Assembly (NCBI GenBank): GCA_002269645.1
Contig: NIVC01000945.1
Span: 124,001 to 188,000 of the forward strand
Origin: Macrostomum lignano
Taxonomy: Eukaryota
Direction: 5' to 3'
Length of the DNA: 64,000 bases
The notes under the pieces: model-generated
Database searches by the model: none
The model's input: the letters and a program-made list of their open reading frames with translations, nothing else
Told to the model about the DNA's origin: nothing
In this document: positions 44,535 to 59,100 of the stretch, in pieces
Position numbering within the stretch: position 1 is the first letter of the stretch
Layout of the letters: the number at the start of each line of letters is the position of its first letter
Program-made: the position numbers and the translations under genes

Positions 44535-45398
44535 TGTAGAGTGTTCTAAATCATAAAAGTGTTAATTTGGAGGCTTATTCATTGAATGCTACTGTAAGTA
44601 GACTAATGCGAACATGCGCAGCAAAACTTAAACCGTGAGTCAAGTTACTATTTTAACGAAAACGATGAAGCATGTTACTATTTATAACGAACAATGAATC
44701 ACTTTACTATTTATAACGCAAAGAAGAGTTATGTTACTATTTATACCAAAAAGATGAATCATGCTGCTATTTATATTTTGCAAAAGTTGCCTATAAATAC
44801 AAGTGGTCCGAAGCGGACCGGAGCTACAACAGAGAACCTTCACGAGGGAAGAAGAACTCTGAAGAGGAAGTCGGCGAGGAACTTCCCTCAGACCAAGTCA
44901 ACCGAGACTCGACTGAGTTCTTGCGGTAAGCCTTACTCATTTGCGTTAGGTGTTTGAGTCGACTCGATATTATTGTTGTGACTGAGTCTATTTGAGACTC
45001 CATTGGTTGTAGCCTCCAGAAGGACTTACCCTGATAGCCATCAGAGACTATCAGTGATTACCGGTGCTATACCTAGAGTGTATTAAGAGTTAAGACACTG
45101 CTAGAAGGAGAAGGCGCAGCGCGGCGCAGGGATCCCCATTGTTGATTCAAGGCTTCTGATTGGTCCGAACTACAGATACCGGCCGGAGACAACTTCGTTG
45201 AAATTAAAATGGAACCTGGATCAGAACAACTAGATCAAGACGTCTGAACGGATTGAGACAGAGAACTACGCACCGGAAGAGATTTACTGATCAGAACTCA
45301 AGGTAAGAGATACCTTCATTTGATTACTGGGTTGCCTAGCAGTAGCTAGAAGTGATTGTTCCTTGATTACTTAGAAATTCTTGGTAGTAAGGAACACA
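44535..45398 (+). mobile_element. Possible solo-LTR-like insertion inside the LINE
   Basis: Separates two parts of the RT coding sequence; TGT...ACA ends; TATAAATA at ~44785; GTAAG donors at ~44926 and ~45303. No TSD found. Confidence 0.4.
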
Positions 45399-47111
45399 TC
45401 AACTGGTGGTCAACACTCAGAAGACCGTCGTGCTCTGCGTGCCGGACGACATCGAGGCTGCGATTTCGTGCCGAGGCGCTGATGGACAGGCGACAGAGCT
45501 TCCGCGTTGTCAGCAGCTCGTCTACCTCGGCGGTCTGGTTCCCGGCGTCCGCGAGGATTTGCGGCGTCGCTGCGGGCTTGCCTGGGCTGCCTTTCGTTCT
45601 GTGAGGGCAGTCCTGCAGTCAGAGGCCTTACCTGACCGCCAAGAGGGCGGCGTTGTTCCAGGCGCTGATCGAGACCGTCCTGCTGTACAACGCCGAGACC
45701 TGGACGCTGACGGAGTCGCTCGAGCAACAAGTTGACGCGGCGCACGGTGGCCTGCTGCGCGCCGCCTTCAAGATCGTCTACGAGCGAGTGACCAACGCGA
45801 CTTTGTATCGCCGCGCCGGCCTGGTCTGTCCAAGCGACCTGTTGCGCCGTCGGCGACTCCAGCTGGCAGGCCACATCATTCACGCCGCGTCGTACTGCCC
45901 GCAACCGGTGCAGGAGGTGGTGCTGCTATCGCTGCAGACACCCTAACCGGCGGGGGCAGGCCCGCACTCGGCGTTTCGTCGACTGCCTGCTGGCTGACGC
46001 CGGCGCCCCGAATTCGGCCGGCGGCGTGGCGTTCATTCGCAACCTGGCCTTGACGCGCCCTGTGACGCTGAACGCGTATTCTGTTGTTGTTGTTGTTGTT
46101 GCTTCCCACTAATTATATTTTAGCAATACAGGTAGCTTTCATTAAATTTAAAGTATACCCAGATAATCTGGGCGAAACATAGGATATTTAAACTGAAAAG
46201 TTAGTCCAAAACGTGCACACTCTAAGAGTGAAACGCTATCAAAGAAGCCGGGACTGGATCAGCGGTAGTTAACGCGTACGACTCTCGCATCACAGTACCC
46301 AGGGTCAGCGGAATGAGCCTGACTGCTTGTGTCCTCGCTGACTTGCTGACTTCCACCCAGAGGCCCCGGCAAACTGACTAATTAAGCCATCAGAAGGCCG
46401 ATGTTAATGACTTAAAATAGATTTTTAAGTTGAAGAAAGTTTTCCAAGGCATAAAGTGAACCCTCAGTTAGATGCATATTCGGTTTTTCAAGGACTGCTT
46501 TAGAATTTTAGTCATAGCTAGCTATATTTCTATATTGAAAATGGTCGAAGAGAGCATTTCTATTGTCGATGCGTACCAACAGGAAACTATTAGTTTCAGG
46601 ACAGCACAGCTTAGTGCCAAAGTAAACGTGTAAACTATATAAAATATTGCTTGAGTCAATAGGGAGTTGTGTAAAATTAGAAAAAAACGGATCGCCAGCT
46701 CAAATGATAATACAATATAGAATCATCAAATCGTAGTAGTCTTTTGATTATCATTTAAAGTTCTTGCTTCGCATGTGAAAAAACGCGACATGGTGATTAT
46801 CCAAAAATATGATGAGATAATGCCTATAGATTATAATCTTTTATCCTTTCACACGTCTAATAATCGTTTAATCCCACGTGCAAAATCTAGCAACAGGTGA
46901 AAGTAAATAATTGTTGAGTTATTTGCTCAAAGTGGGACAAATTATCAACTGCAGATGATATCTTAATGAAGAAAACGATTAGAATATCGGATAACGTTTA
47001 GTGTCCGCTAAAGCACTTCAGTTTGTCTTTCTTTGGATTAGCTAATTTGCATCTGATCGGTGTTTACCAATCTTTGATCAATCATGCTTTATGCATTAGG
47101 CAAGTGTCCGA

Positions 47112-50100
47112 TCATATCCGGTTGGTGGTATTTCCGACTGAAAAGGAACAATGTACGAGAGTTATTTATCATATAAGTGACTGACTAGTGCCTCAATAGC
47201 GATTTGATTTGCTCAAAAGTTTAGAAAACTCACCGTCCAGACTTTGTGTAGAATAAATCAGGCGGAATCCTCTCGAAGTAACGCTTGAGTCAGTTTTGAA
47301 TCGAACCAGCACAGGACCTTGCAGGCTTAGTGAAACTCCGGTGGCATTGTTGTTAACCAGACTCGTTGTCAGCTTGCTATCGTCTACCTCATCAGAGATG
47401 CTGAATCTGTCGTATATGAAGATTTTGTCACAGCAGTTCTCAATGTCCACTTCTTCCATCCGGATGTTGACGGGGCCCGTCGTGTCGATCAGCCATTGGT
47501 AGTCTTTGCTATTAGCGTACATCGACGATCCATAGTTGCTTGGACACTTGATCGTGCCCAAGTCCTCCGAAACTGAAAGAAATGCGGTCAATTTGCACCC
47601 GATTTACATTCTAAAGCCATTGTGTACATCGTAAAGTTGCGACTACTAATAACGAAACTGATCAAATTAAATTCTACACTATTAATTACCTTATACACCT
47701 ACGACTACCCTTTTACTCTTAAAGTAGCTTACACTTCTACTCAGAGACGAGGACTACTAGACGAAATGTTCCTAGTGGTCTTTGCTCAGACAAAAGTACT
47801 CTCGTGTTACTCTCGCACTCAATTAGCAAGTTTGAGTAAAACGATCACACACAAACGCACACACATACCTACCGAAAAACCATTTTTAGTATAGGTGGAT
47901 TTAGTATATTTAGATTAGAGCTGCAGTCGAATGAAATCAAGCGAAGTACATATTTAATCCTCTCAGTGGTGAATGCAATCGTAAAAAATTCAACACCTCA
48001 AGCTCACCTACAACCGGTCCGCGTCTGTAAGAGAACGCAATGCCCCGACCATCAAAGCGTCTGCCAGTTTTAACTCTAATCAGCAGGGGTCCCGTCAGGA
48101 CAAAGTCCGCTGACGTGGCATTCGCGTCAGTTAGAATGAACAGCAAGTTTTGCTCATCGGCATCGGCGCTTTCTTGATCAGAAATTGCAAATACTTCAAT
48201 AAAGCTTCCATCTGCTCCGAGATTCGACCGGTTGAAAGCCAGCTTGTAAACATATTTGCCCGGAATCAGCCACTTATACTCCATCCACTTCTCCATTGTA
48301 CTGTTGGTATCGTTTGGGCACTGAATCATTGCAAAACTTTGGGACTGATTGGCGATAACTGAAACTGTTTGAAAGTAGCGGGGGATCAGAGATGATTGGA
48401 AAAAGTCAGAGGAAGTGTAAAAAGTGCAATTACCAGTCCTAGGCTCGATGGAATAGGACAAGTCGAAGCCCTGACCGACTAGCCGTTTATCCGTGCTAAA
48501 CCGGATCAGCACGGGACCAATCAACTTATACGTTGCCGATGTCGCGTTCGCCTGCGTCAGTGTGAACCTCAGCTTGCTCTCTTCTGGCTCATCGGTTTCT
48601 CCATCAGTCATCTCGTACAACTGGATGATGTCATTTCCGTAGCCAATGTCAGCAGATGTGACAGTGATGAGGACGAAATTCCTTCTGTTGATGGTCCATC
48701 TGTACTCCATCTCGTTAGCGTAAGTCGAGCCAGTCTCTTCGGGACAACTAAAGCTACCAGAGTCATTGGTCATGGCAACGTGCACTGAAAATGTGAATAA
48801 ATTTTAAGCACCACATTGCCCACATTGTGCAAAGTAGGAACTTAGTGCCAATCAGCAGATTAATATTATCGCAATACAATGTGCAACTAAATAATTCTCA
48901 CCACTTCTGATCTGATAATCGAAAACAACTTGACCGCTCGCCGAAGCAGAGTTGTTGGACGAATATACAACTGCAAGGATGCCTTTGTGCGTCACGTGAT
49001 TCGCAAATGGGATCCGTCTCGCGCTTCTCAGCATCGCTGGGCTGCTTAGCAGATCCATGTCGCCAGCGAATATCTCTACAGAAGATGAAGTCGTGATACG
49101 GTTAAAGATGACGTGCGTCAGGAAATCATGAGAACCAGTTGGTGCAACAATCCACTTTGTGCTCGAAGGTCTCGGGAGGACGGTAGATCCTTCCGCCGGA
49201 TTGCAGAGTCTCATGCCTCTGCTGCCCCTGATCACCTCGGTTGCTGGTGAAGCCTCTGAAAGATTCAGTTGTGTTTCAGTGCTCATGATTTGGTGGTCTT
49301 TGGAATCAAATGACTGAGACGGAGGTTCTGGCCAGATTTTTCTTGGCGATGCAGTCACAATAATGGTAAGCTCATAATCCTGGGGGGGCGTAGCCCAGCG
49401 GTCCAGCGCAGGCTCTAGTGTGCCAGCGACCCAGGCTCGATTCCAAGTGCAGTCACATTAATTTGGGGCTGAATTGGAATCTCGGCTTGGCTCTGCTCGT
49501 GCAATTAACGCCCTTGAGAGCCAACCCCCCAAGGCGCAGTGAAGTGTACATGCCTAACGATAAAATAAGTTAGGGCCGCTGTACACTCATGTTTGAATGT
49601 GTGCCTGCGTACGTATCCGCGCGCTTGTATGCCTGCTCAGGGGAGTCGGCGGAATGGGCAGTAATGCCTCTCGCCGGTTGTGTGCCTATGTCGCTTAAAG
49701 TGCTCCAGGGTGCTCACAACCCCCCTGCCTCTAATAAAAAAATAATATAAAGCTCATAATCCTTGAATGAGGGCGTACTTGGATGTAAGAAATGGCTAAG
49801 GTGTTAACTTAAAAAGGTGATCTCTGAGTAGGAAGTTTTCTGAATCTTCAGCAAAACAAGGAATTACCTTCAGCCGAACCATCAGCTGTGTAAGTGAGCT
49901 TGAAGTCCCTGCGGCTGCCGTCGCTGTTGGCTGTGAACCGAAGCAGCACGGGACCGGACAGTCGGAACTCTGACTGGCTGGCACTCGAATCGGAAACCAC
50001 AAATTTCAGATTGTCCTCCGTCTCAGACCTCGTGTTTTGGTACAGGTACACTTTGTCCCCAGCAGGAAGATTGATGGAGCTGAACCTGATGCGAACCGTG

Positions 50101-53100
50101 CCGCTTCTGTCGATGATCCATCGATGGTCCAGGTTGCCAACAGTTGCTTCACTTTGCGAGGAGTAACTGATTTCTCCTTCGGCATCACTCAGAGAAACTG
50201 AAATTTGTGGCAGGCGTTTAGGAGGTCAAATCTAGAGGTCAAAGCGGCCTGCTTTGAACTATAAGATGCAATAAGAGGAAAGGGTGGAACTACTTAGATG
50301 ACAAAGACGCAGCAGACTTCGGACTCAACTCACCATTCCCAACGGAGTAGGTGAACCTCAAGCCGAGTTTGTCTCCGCTGGCTCCAGTTCTCAACACCAC
50401 GGTGACGAATCCGCTCGCTCTCAGGGTCTTCCTCTCGCCAAGTAGGCCAGTCTGACTGAATATGGGAGACTCGCTGAGCCTGGGCTCAACTCCCGTGTAC
50501 ACATTGACTGTATCGTCATGGGGCTGGCCTCCCTCGGCATCAAAGAGCTGCAACTCAACCGTCTGTTGAGGGTTCACAGCGATGGACCAGGCTCTCGATG
50601 AGCCCAATGGTCCTCTGGACGGATAAATTGCTTTGCTTCCCTCAATGTTTTTGATGAGTTCAGTCGGCATCGGTAGTTCTGGGATAATGCGAGGGTAAAT
50701 ATGAGTCCAGCTATTATCCGGCCATTAGCAAACAGTGAAAGGCAAGAGTGCTGGCGATACTACACCTTTTCACGTTCAATTTTGATCAAAGTCCAGTTCT
50801 AAAAAAACTAGCGGAAATTCAATTCAGACTGAGGATAATTTTGTCTATGGCTAAACCTTACTTCGGTTAGAATGTTTTGAACTGGGGTTAGACTGGGCCC
50901 AACTGGACTTTGATCAAAATTGAACGTGAAAAGGTGTAAGAATGTGTTCGCTGGTTAAGTTTGTTACACTGAACTCGGCAATTAATCATCGTTTCCTATC
51001 GAAGACACTATATATACCTTTTTACGTTCTATTTGATAAAAACTGCAACCAATTTGGCCACGGCTCAGCCTGACGCAGCCGCAGCAATTTTCCATAGACA
51101 GCCACCGCCAGCGGCAACCAATTTGGTAAAAACTGCGAGCTATTTTGCCAGCTTGAAGATAGCAGCTCAATAGCATAACAATAACGATAAAGAATGTTAA
51201 CAATACATGCACGAAGTCAGAACATTATGTCCTCAGCATTCAAGCACCGATTGAAGTACGTCTGGGAATGGTTGATCCAGCGCAGGCACTTGAGAGGCGT
51301 GATGCAGTTCAGTGCTTGCTGCACTTCTCTCTTCAGAATGCGCATCCTGTGCTGATGCAGTGTCGCACCTGCTGCAGCAGCCAGTCCAGTATCTGCCAAC
51401 TCTACCAGTTCGTTCATACGTGGTCACGATGTTCCTCACTGTCGGTTTCTTCATCCCCATCATTCTGCCAAGCTCTCTCCAGTCGTCGCCACTCCTGTAC
51501 GCTCTCACGATTCGCTCTCGATCCAGCTGACTTATCTTTTGGTACGGCCCACGATTCGCCATCAGAGCAGCTGCTATCTTCAAGCTGGAAAAATAGCTCG
51601 CAGTTTTTACCAAATTGGTTGCCGCTAGCGGTGGCTGTCCATGGAAAACTCTATGTCTATGGTCAGGCTGAGCCGTGGCCAAATTGGTTGCAGTTTTTAT
51701 CAAATAGAACGTAAAAAGGTATATTATTACCCGCTGTCGTATAATCTGTGGTGACTGCCCGCCTAGTTTCGTCTATCCGCCCTACATGCTATTGCTGAAC
51801 ATAAACACGGTCCGAACTGTCGTTGTCATTTCCGCGGTTGATAAATCCCATAAACTGGAGTGAATTAGTTTAGAAATAATTTTTCATTGATTTGACCAAT
51901 AATGGAGCCACTGAGTCACCAACGGCAGTGCGAACCGCATTGAAAATTGAAGTACAGTAGAAAGACGCTAAATCGATTTTCCCAGAAATGAGCTGAAGGT
52001 AAGGAACATATAGTACGAGTATAATTGTCGCATCGCTAGTGCTTTTGCTCTCGAGAAGTCGGATTTTTCTAGCGCGAAGTTTTTTCGACCGAATTATTCT
52101 ATAGCGAAGCCCCCTTCAGAGCCGTCTAGCTTCCGAATTCTAGCGATTAGGAAAATATTCGATCTTTACAAGCGTGCACCTCATTTCTAAAAAAATCGAG
52201 TGTGCCGTTCAAGCTTCAGTTGTCCATGGCAAACCGACTTAAGCATATCAAGCGTCTGTACACATTGAATGCTCTGTAATGAAGGCGTGTTAATACTTAT
52301 TAAACGTGTTTGAGCAGTTGAACAATCATGTATCTGGGACTCAAAAGCTTATTTATAATATTTCCTTTAAATGATGAATAGATGGAAAATGATCATATTT
52401 TACCTTCGCTCCCGCTCTGATACGACAGCTTGAAGATGTTTCCACTGACCCGCTTTGTGGTGACTCGAACCAGCACGGGACCTCTGAGCCTGAACTCTAC
52501 AGAGGTCGCATTCGTCATTGACCTGTGCTCAGAGACGAAGGCCAGCCTGTCCTCGCTGGGGTCAGCAGTCATCTCGTACAGTCTGACAATATCTGCGTGA
52601 GACAGCTTCAGCGAGACCCAGCCTTGACGATCAATGAGCCACCTGTAGTCAGTCTCGAGGTCATACTTCATCTCTTCTTCCGCAGGAAGCTGCCCGCCTT
52701 CAGAGCAGACAACATCAGCTTTTTCGTCTGTCAGGTTTCTCGATTTTACTAAAACGGTTTCATTCAGAGCGTACTGAGGAATAATACGAATATTAAAGAT
52801 GCAAATTAGTAGTTTGACGGAAACAGTAACATCACTTTCTGTTTGTTCTGTTTAGCTTTGTTTTGTCACTCTCTGTAAATGTTTATTGACTAAATATTTA
52901 ATTAACAACAACTTACTTCTGTTCTCAAGAGCCGAGTAAGATAAGTTGAAGCCCGCCCCGGTGATACTGTTGTCAGTAACGAATTGGATCAGCACCGGAC
53001 CAACGACATGAGCTGTTTTGTTATCACTTGTCACGGTAAACCCTTTCTTAGAATCCTGAGCATCTTCAAAAAGCTGAGTCTTCTCATAGAAACTGATTTT

Positions 53101-56100
53101 ATCGATTCCCGTTTCAACGTCATACGAGTCAACCTTAATCTCGAGCAGGCTCAGATCGCCGATCCACCAGGCGTACGTTTTGCTGTTTAAATAGTAACCG
53201 CTGCCGAAATTTTCTGGGCATTGAAGCTTTCCTGAGTCCACTGAAAAGGCATCGAAAATTGAATAGACGTCTGATGGTTTGCATTGGCTCAAATTCAGAC
53301 CCACCTTGCGTGCTAAAATTTAACTTAGATAACAATAATTAACAATACCAATTACTATAAACAGTAATGAGAGTATCTGGAACTCAGGAATTCGAAACTC
53401 ACCCACGTATCGATCGAGATAATAATCGATTATAAAGCCTCTTGACGAGTTCTGACGATCAGTTTTAAATCGGATCAACGCAGGTCCAATCAAAACATAC
53501 TTTCTTGAGCTCCAGCTGTCTCCAGTCAGTGTGTATTTTCTGTTCTCAGGCTGCTGTTCCGCCGAAGAGTCAGTCTTTTCATAGAATTCAACCACATCGT
53601 TTGCGTCCTGAATGCCCATGCTTCTAACTGTCAAAAAGACAACTCTGCTCGATGGGATGTACCAACGATAGTCCATCTGATGCTCGTAGGCTTCATACTC
53701 TTCATTCGGACACCTGATGCTGCCCGAATCGTTCAGCAGATTACGGGAAACTAAAAATTTAAAAGAAGTGGCTTGGTGGAGAAACACTCACGTGCATAAA
53801 AACCGAGCGTCGGAATACGCAGAGCTGCTAAATTTTACACCATGAACTCAAAATTTAAACCAAGTAAATGCATAAAACACCAAAATGGCTCACAAGTTCG
53901 TTCCTCAACAGTATAAGACAAATTGAAGCCTTGGCCAACAAGAGACTCATCCGTGCTAAACCGGATCAGCACGGGACCAATCAACTTATACGTTGCCGAT
54001 GTCGCATTCGCCTGCGTCAGTGTGAACCTCAGCTTGCTCTCTTCTGGCTCATCGGTTTCTCCATCAGTCATCTCGTACAACTGGATGATGTCATTTCCGT
54101 AGCCAATGTCAGCAGATGTGACAGTGATGAGGACGAAATTCCTTCTGTTGATGGTCCATCTGTACTCCATCTCGTTAGCGTAAGTCGAGCTGGATTCCTC
54201 TGGACAGCGAAGGCTTCCAGAGTCCTCGCTAAGGTAGCGATGCACTGAAAGGAAGTAAGGCTTATGGTCTCACCATGGTCTCACTGTGCACTGAAAAGGG
54301 CAAGAGCTCACCGTTTCTGATTTGATAATCGAATTGAAAGACCAAATCAGTACAGCGGGAAGCAATATGAGACTCTTGTATCTGTTCCCAGTAAACGGAA
54401 ACAGGTCCACTTTGACTGACGTGCTGTGTCAGTCCTTTGAACTGAGCCTCAAAGCTATCATTGGAGAGTCTCTGAGTAAGCCAATTTCCAGCATAAACGA
54501 ACCAACCGCAGGTATACGAACCGGGAAAAAATTCAAAAAATCCTTCTACTTTGAAAAGAATATGAACGGTGAATTCATGACTCGGCTTTGGCGCAATGAC
54601 CCAAACAATTTTTGCTCTTTCACTCCTGTCGGTGGTATCAAATTTAGGGAAGCTCCATCTGGTACCTCGACTGCTCTTCACTACTTCAACCGCATTTTCC
54701 ACTGCAAGGTTTGATTGGGATAAAAATGGTTCACGATTACGTACATGTAGTTTTAGTTTTAATATGCACGCGACTTCTCTAAAGGCTTACACTTCAAATC
54801 GGGATCTGACTGATATGCCAGCCGGAAGCTTCTCGGGCTGCCGTCTCCCGCTGCCGTGATGCGAATCAAAACAGATCCTCTCAGCCAGAACTCCGACTCG
54901 CTGGCACTCGCATCTGCTAGCACAAATCTTCTCTTGAGCTCATCCTTGGACGTGGTGTTTTCGTACAGATGAAGCTTGTCTCCGTTCTGGAGATTGAGGG
55001 AACGAACATTGATGCGAACAGAACCGCTGCTTTGAATGATCCAGCTGTAATCCATGTCCAAGTCGAAAGCTGAACTATCCGCCGACGAGTTTTGAGGGAA
55101 CCTGATTTCTCCGGATCGTCCCGACAGTAAAACTTTAAGTGCAAAGAAGAATAGATCTTGCAGACTAAAGTAGTATGACTATATTTTTACATTAGTTATT
55201 GTTAAAAAATGAAAACAAAGTATGTGTAATTACCGTTTTCCACTGAATACTTGAGGCCGAACCCTCGCTTTGCTTCATTGGCGTCGTCGGTTCTCAGCAC
55301 TACGGTGACGAATCCGCTCGCTCTCAGGGTCTTCCTCTCGCCAAGTAGGCCAGTCTGACTGAAAATGGGAGACTCGCTGAGCCTGGGCTCAACTCCCGTG
55401 TACACACTGACTGTATCGCCATGCGGCTGGCCTCCTTCGGCATCAAAGAGCTGCAGCTCCACAGTCTGTTGAGGGCTCACAGCGATGGACCAGGCTCTTG
55501 CGGAACTCGGTCCGCAGCTGCTTCGACCATCGGGCATGAGGCAGCCCTGCAGTCCGTTCAAGTTTCGCAAAAGCGCAGTCGTCATCGATAAATCTGCGGG
55601 GAAGTTATTTAGAAAAGTCACTGTTCCTATCTAGAGATACAAATTGATTGTCGCTTTCAGACTGCCTCACTTTGTCGGTTGACACTGAACGTCGCCCCGA
55701 ACGGCACTATCGCCGGTCTCATCCTTCGCGATTGAAGCCGAACAACTGCTGGGCCTCTTAGTTTGAACTCGGTAGACATCAAATCGCTGAGCGGTGCATC
55801 AGTCAGGGAGAACACGCGACTCCTTGGAGTTGGGATCTTTGTCCTCTCGTGCAGCTCTAGCTTGTCGCAACCGCTTAGCAATTGAGCCTGCACGAATCGA
55901 ATGCTGACCGCCGCTGTTGTGTCGACAACCCACCTGCGGTCAATCTGCATGTCGTAGCCATCGGTATCGCAGACATCCAGCCCAATGGCATTCCTCAAGT
56001 TGCTTGACTGCGCTCCAATTTCACCTTGAGTCTGTGTCCGAACACTGGATATTACTAAAATATTATAGAAACCGTGCATTATTTTCAGACAATAGAAAAT

Positions 56101-59100
56101 ACCAAAGACGCGAAGATGGGATCAAAAACATCAAAGTGACATCAGCATACCGAATTGGTCTCCTATTTCATAGGAAAAGTTTAGAGCTCTTTGCATTGGT
56201 CGACCAGCTGTAACTAACTTGATCATACCAGGTCCGATCAGTCTGTATGTAGATGAAGTAGCATTCCCCTTCGTCAGTGTAATGTTTGCAGTTGACGAGT
56301 CCTTTCTCCATAACTGGATTTTGTCGCAGCAGTCTGAGATTTCCACCCCACTGAATTTGACTGCCACAGCTGCCTTTCGGTCGATTTTCCAAATGTAGTT
56401 TACCTGGGCTTTGGTGAATGATGGCGGGTTCACCCACCGAACTTCACCCGAGTCGCCTGACAGACCTGAAAGTTCGAATTCAAATTTTAACTCGTCTTAT
56501 GAAGCAGCTTTCATGAATATAAAAAGAATGAACTACTGTTTGCCGTGAATACATAAATTTTTAATTTTTTAAACGAGCCAGGTAAGACAATGCAGAAATC
56601 TATCATGAACTCCTAAATTCTAATTAAAATCAAATTATAATCAAACTTTGATAGAAAATTACTATACTAATTATTTCTTACTTGAGGTTTCTTCTAGATA
56701 GTATGTCATGCGAAACCCGTCACGATTGGTACTGCCGTCAGTTTTGAACCTGATGAGCACTGGTCCCTTCAAGGTGTATGTTTCACCGTATCCGTTCCCT
56801 GTAAGCTTGTACTTTAGTTTATTTTCGTCAGGCTTCTCATGCACCGGTGAGTTTTCGTACAAGCCGATCCAATCATAACTACTCTCAGTATCATAGCGAA
56901 TGAACGTAAGCACCACCGTTTTCTGCTCATAGATGCTCCACTCGTAGTCAACGTTGTTATCGTACTTAGAGTATCCATAGTTCTCCGGATATGAAAGGTT
57001 TCCACTGTCCACTGGAAAGATTTAAGGAAAATATAATAACGAGTAAAAAGCGGTTGTTTAGTATGTGCAGACAAAATATTCCCAGAAAGACTGAAAGCTT
57101 CTAGGCAATTATGTGCTAACAAATTTCACGGAAACATTGCGAATTGGATGCTTACAGATTTTTCTGCCAGCCTGATAGTAGAGCTGAAAGCCGGGAGCAG
57201 TAACTTGAGAGTTCGTTCTGAACCGGATGAGCACTGGTCCAACCAGCGTAATATTCGACGCTTCTGCAGCCTCCTGAGTCACATTGAGCTTCCATCTCTG
57301 CCGATCTGGCTCTCCACTCTCATCGACCTTCTCATAGAACTCGATGGTGTCTTGAATGTCAATAAAGTCGAACCGAATGACGATGATGCTTTTTCGATTG
57401 ATTGTCCATCGGTAGTCCATGGACTTCTCATAGTTCACCAGTGCGGTCTCGGGGCAGAAAATATTGCCGGAGTCATAATTCAACATTCGGTGTACTGCAA
57501 AACGTAAATGAGAGTATTTCTACACAGTAAGTTTTATGCTAGCTATTATTATCTCTCAGTTATTATCTCTTGGAATTCTTGAAATCCACTAGTTTTCTAC
57601 GAGCCAAAATTCCAGTTCACAACCATGCAACTGGCTGTGCAGTGTTTATACTTTCTTCGAAAATACATGCATGCGAAACCGTAAGTTTTATCTTCAAACA
57701 ACATGGTCGGATTTCGATAGGATACGAATCGACAATTCGATAAGACCCTAAAGTCACAACTTAATGAAATGAACTTGCTGAGATAAGAATCGGCAATTTG
57801 ATAAGACCTCAAAGTCACAACTCAATGAAATGAACTTGCTGAGATAAGAATCGGCAATTTGATAAGACCTCAAAGTCACAACTCAATGAAATGAACTTGC
57901 TGAGATAAGAATCGGCAATTCGATAAGACCCTAAAGTCACAACTCAATGAAATGAACATGCTGAGATAAGAATCGGCAATTCGATAAGACCCTAAAGTCA
58001 CAACTCAATGAAATGAACATGCTGAGATAAGAATCGGCAATTCGATAAGACCCTAAAGTCACAACTCAATGAAATGAACATGCTGAGATAAGAATCGACA
58101 ATTCGATATGACCCTAAAGTCACAACTCAATGAAATGAACATGCTGAGATAAGAATCGACAATTCGATATGACCCTAAAGATACAACTCAATGAAATGAA
58201 TATTCTGACTTACAAGTCCGCTCTTCAGTAGTGTAGGACAGATTGAATCCCTGACCAACAAAATCTTTGCCCGTGACGAACCGGACCATGACTGGACCCG
58301 GCAGTCGGTAGGCCCCCCGTGCTGTAGCATTCGACTGAGTCAGAGCGAACTTCAGCTTGGCCTGCTGTGGCTCGTCGGTCAAGTAGGTCTCCTCGTACAG
58401 CTCGATGACGCCACTCCCAATGTCCACGGTTGTGACCTCGATAACAACTAAGTTAAGCCGGTTGACTGTCCATCTATACTCCATTTCGCTCTCGTAGGTC
58501 TCACCAGACACCTGAGGACATCGAATTGACCCCGAGTCTTTTATGAGAGGCTCTTGAGCTGAAAAAAAGAGAGAAAAACAACGATGCTCTTAGCTGCTTG
58601 CCAGTGAAATAAAATTCGACTAAAATCTGAACGCATTTTGAGTATTTCATTAAAGAACATTGCAAATAACTTATAGAAGACAATGACTGCATTAATACAT
58701 AAAAATGCTAACATTCATTACCGTTTGCTAACTGAAACTTGAACTCTTGCTGAAATCTAATGAAGCTCGAAGCCCTTGGTCGATAAACCACAGTCAGAGG
58801 ACCGTTGTACCTGACGATGCTCGCATACGGGATCCGCTGGAGTGGCTCAGAACTCGACAAGCTGGTGACGGCTCCCTCATAGAGACTTATTGCGATTCCT
58901 GACACCACTGGTAGCTCTGGCAGGTTCAACAGAACTGAGCGCCTGGGCTTGGCTGCAATGACCCATGCAGTAGGCGACCCGTTCTCGGGGATAAGAACTC
59001 TCGAGCCTCGATAGCCGTCAATCAGCTCAACAGCCATGTCAGTATCTGCAGTGTCACACAAGCAGTTGCGTCAATCGCAAATCTATGCTTGTCACCAAAG

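Larger units (their letters stand above)
44430..46101 (+). mobile_element. Fragmented, 5'-truncated RTE-like non-LTR retrotransposon (RT C-terminus, 3' UTR, (TTG)n tail)
   Basis: PERRLSVLGYADDIAL at 44430-44534 once the 49-bp insert is removed. Resumes at ~45403 as LVVNTQKT...YLGG...RCGLAWAAF...FQALIETVLLYNAETWTL...RRRRLQLAGHI, with a frameshift near 45640 and a stop at 45946. (ttg)n tail at 46082-46101. Confidence 0.85.

Noticed and set aside
49382-49460. tRNA genes at SINE heads (also ~8070-8143, ~12010-12080, ~46250-46310)
   Set aside because: No complete cloverleaf seen; the first three continue into repeat bodies, with a TSD at 49.4 kb, and the last is too degenerate.
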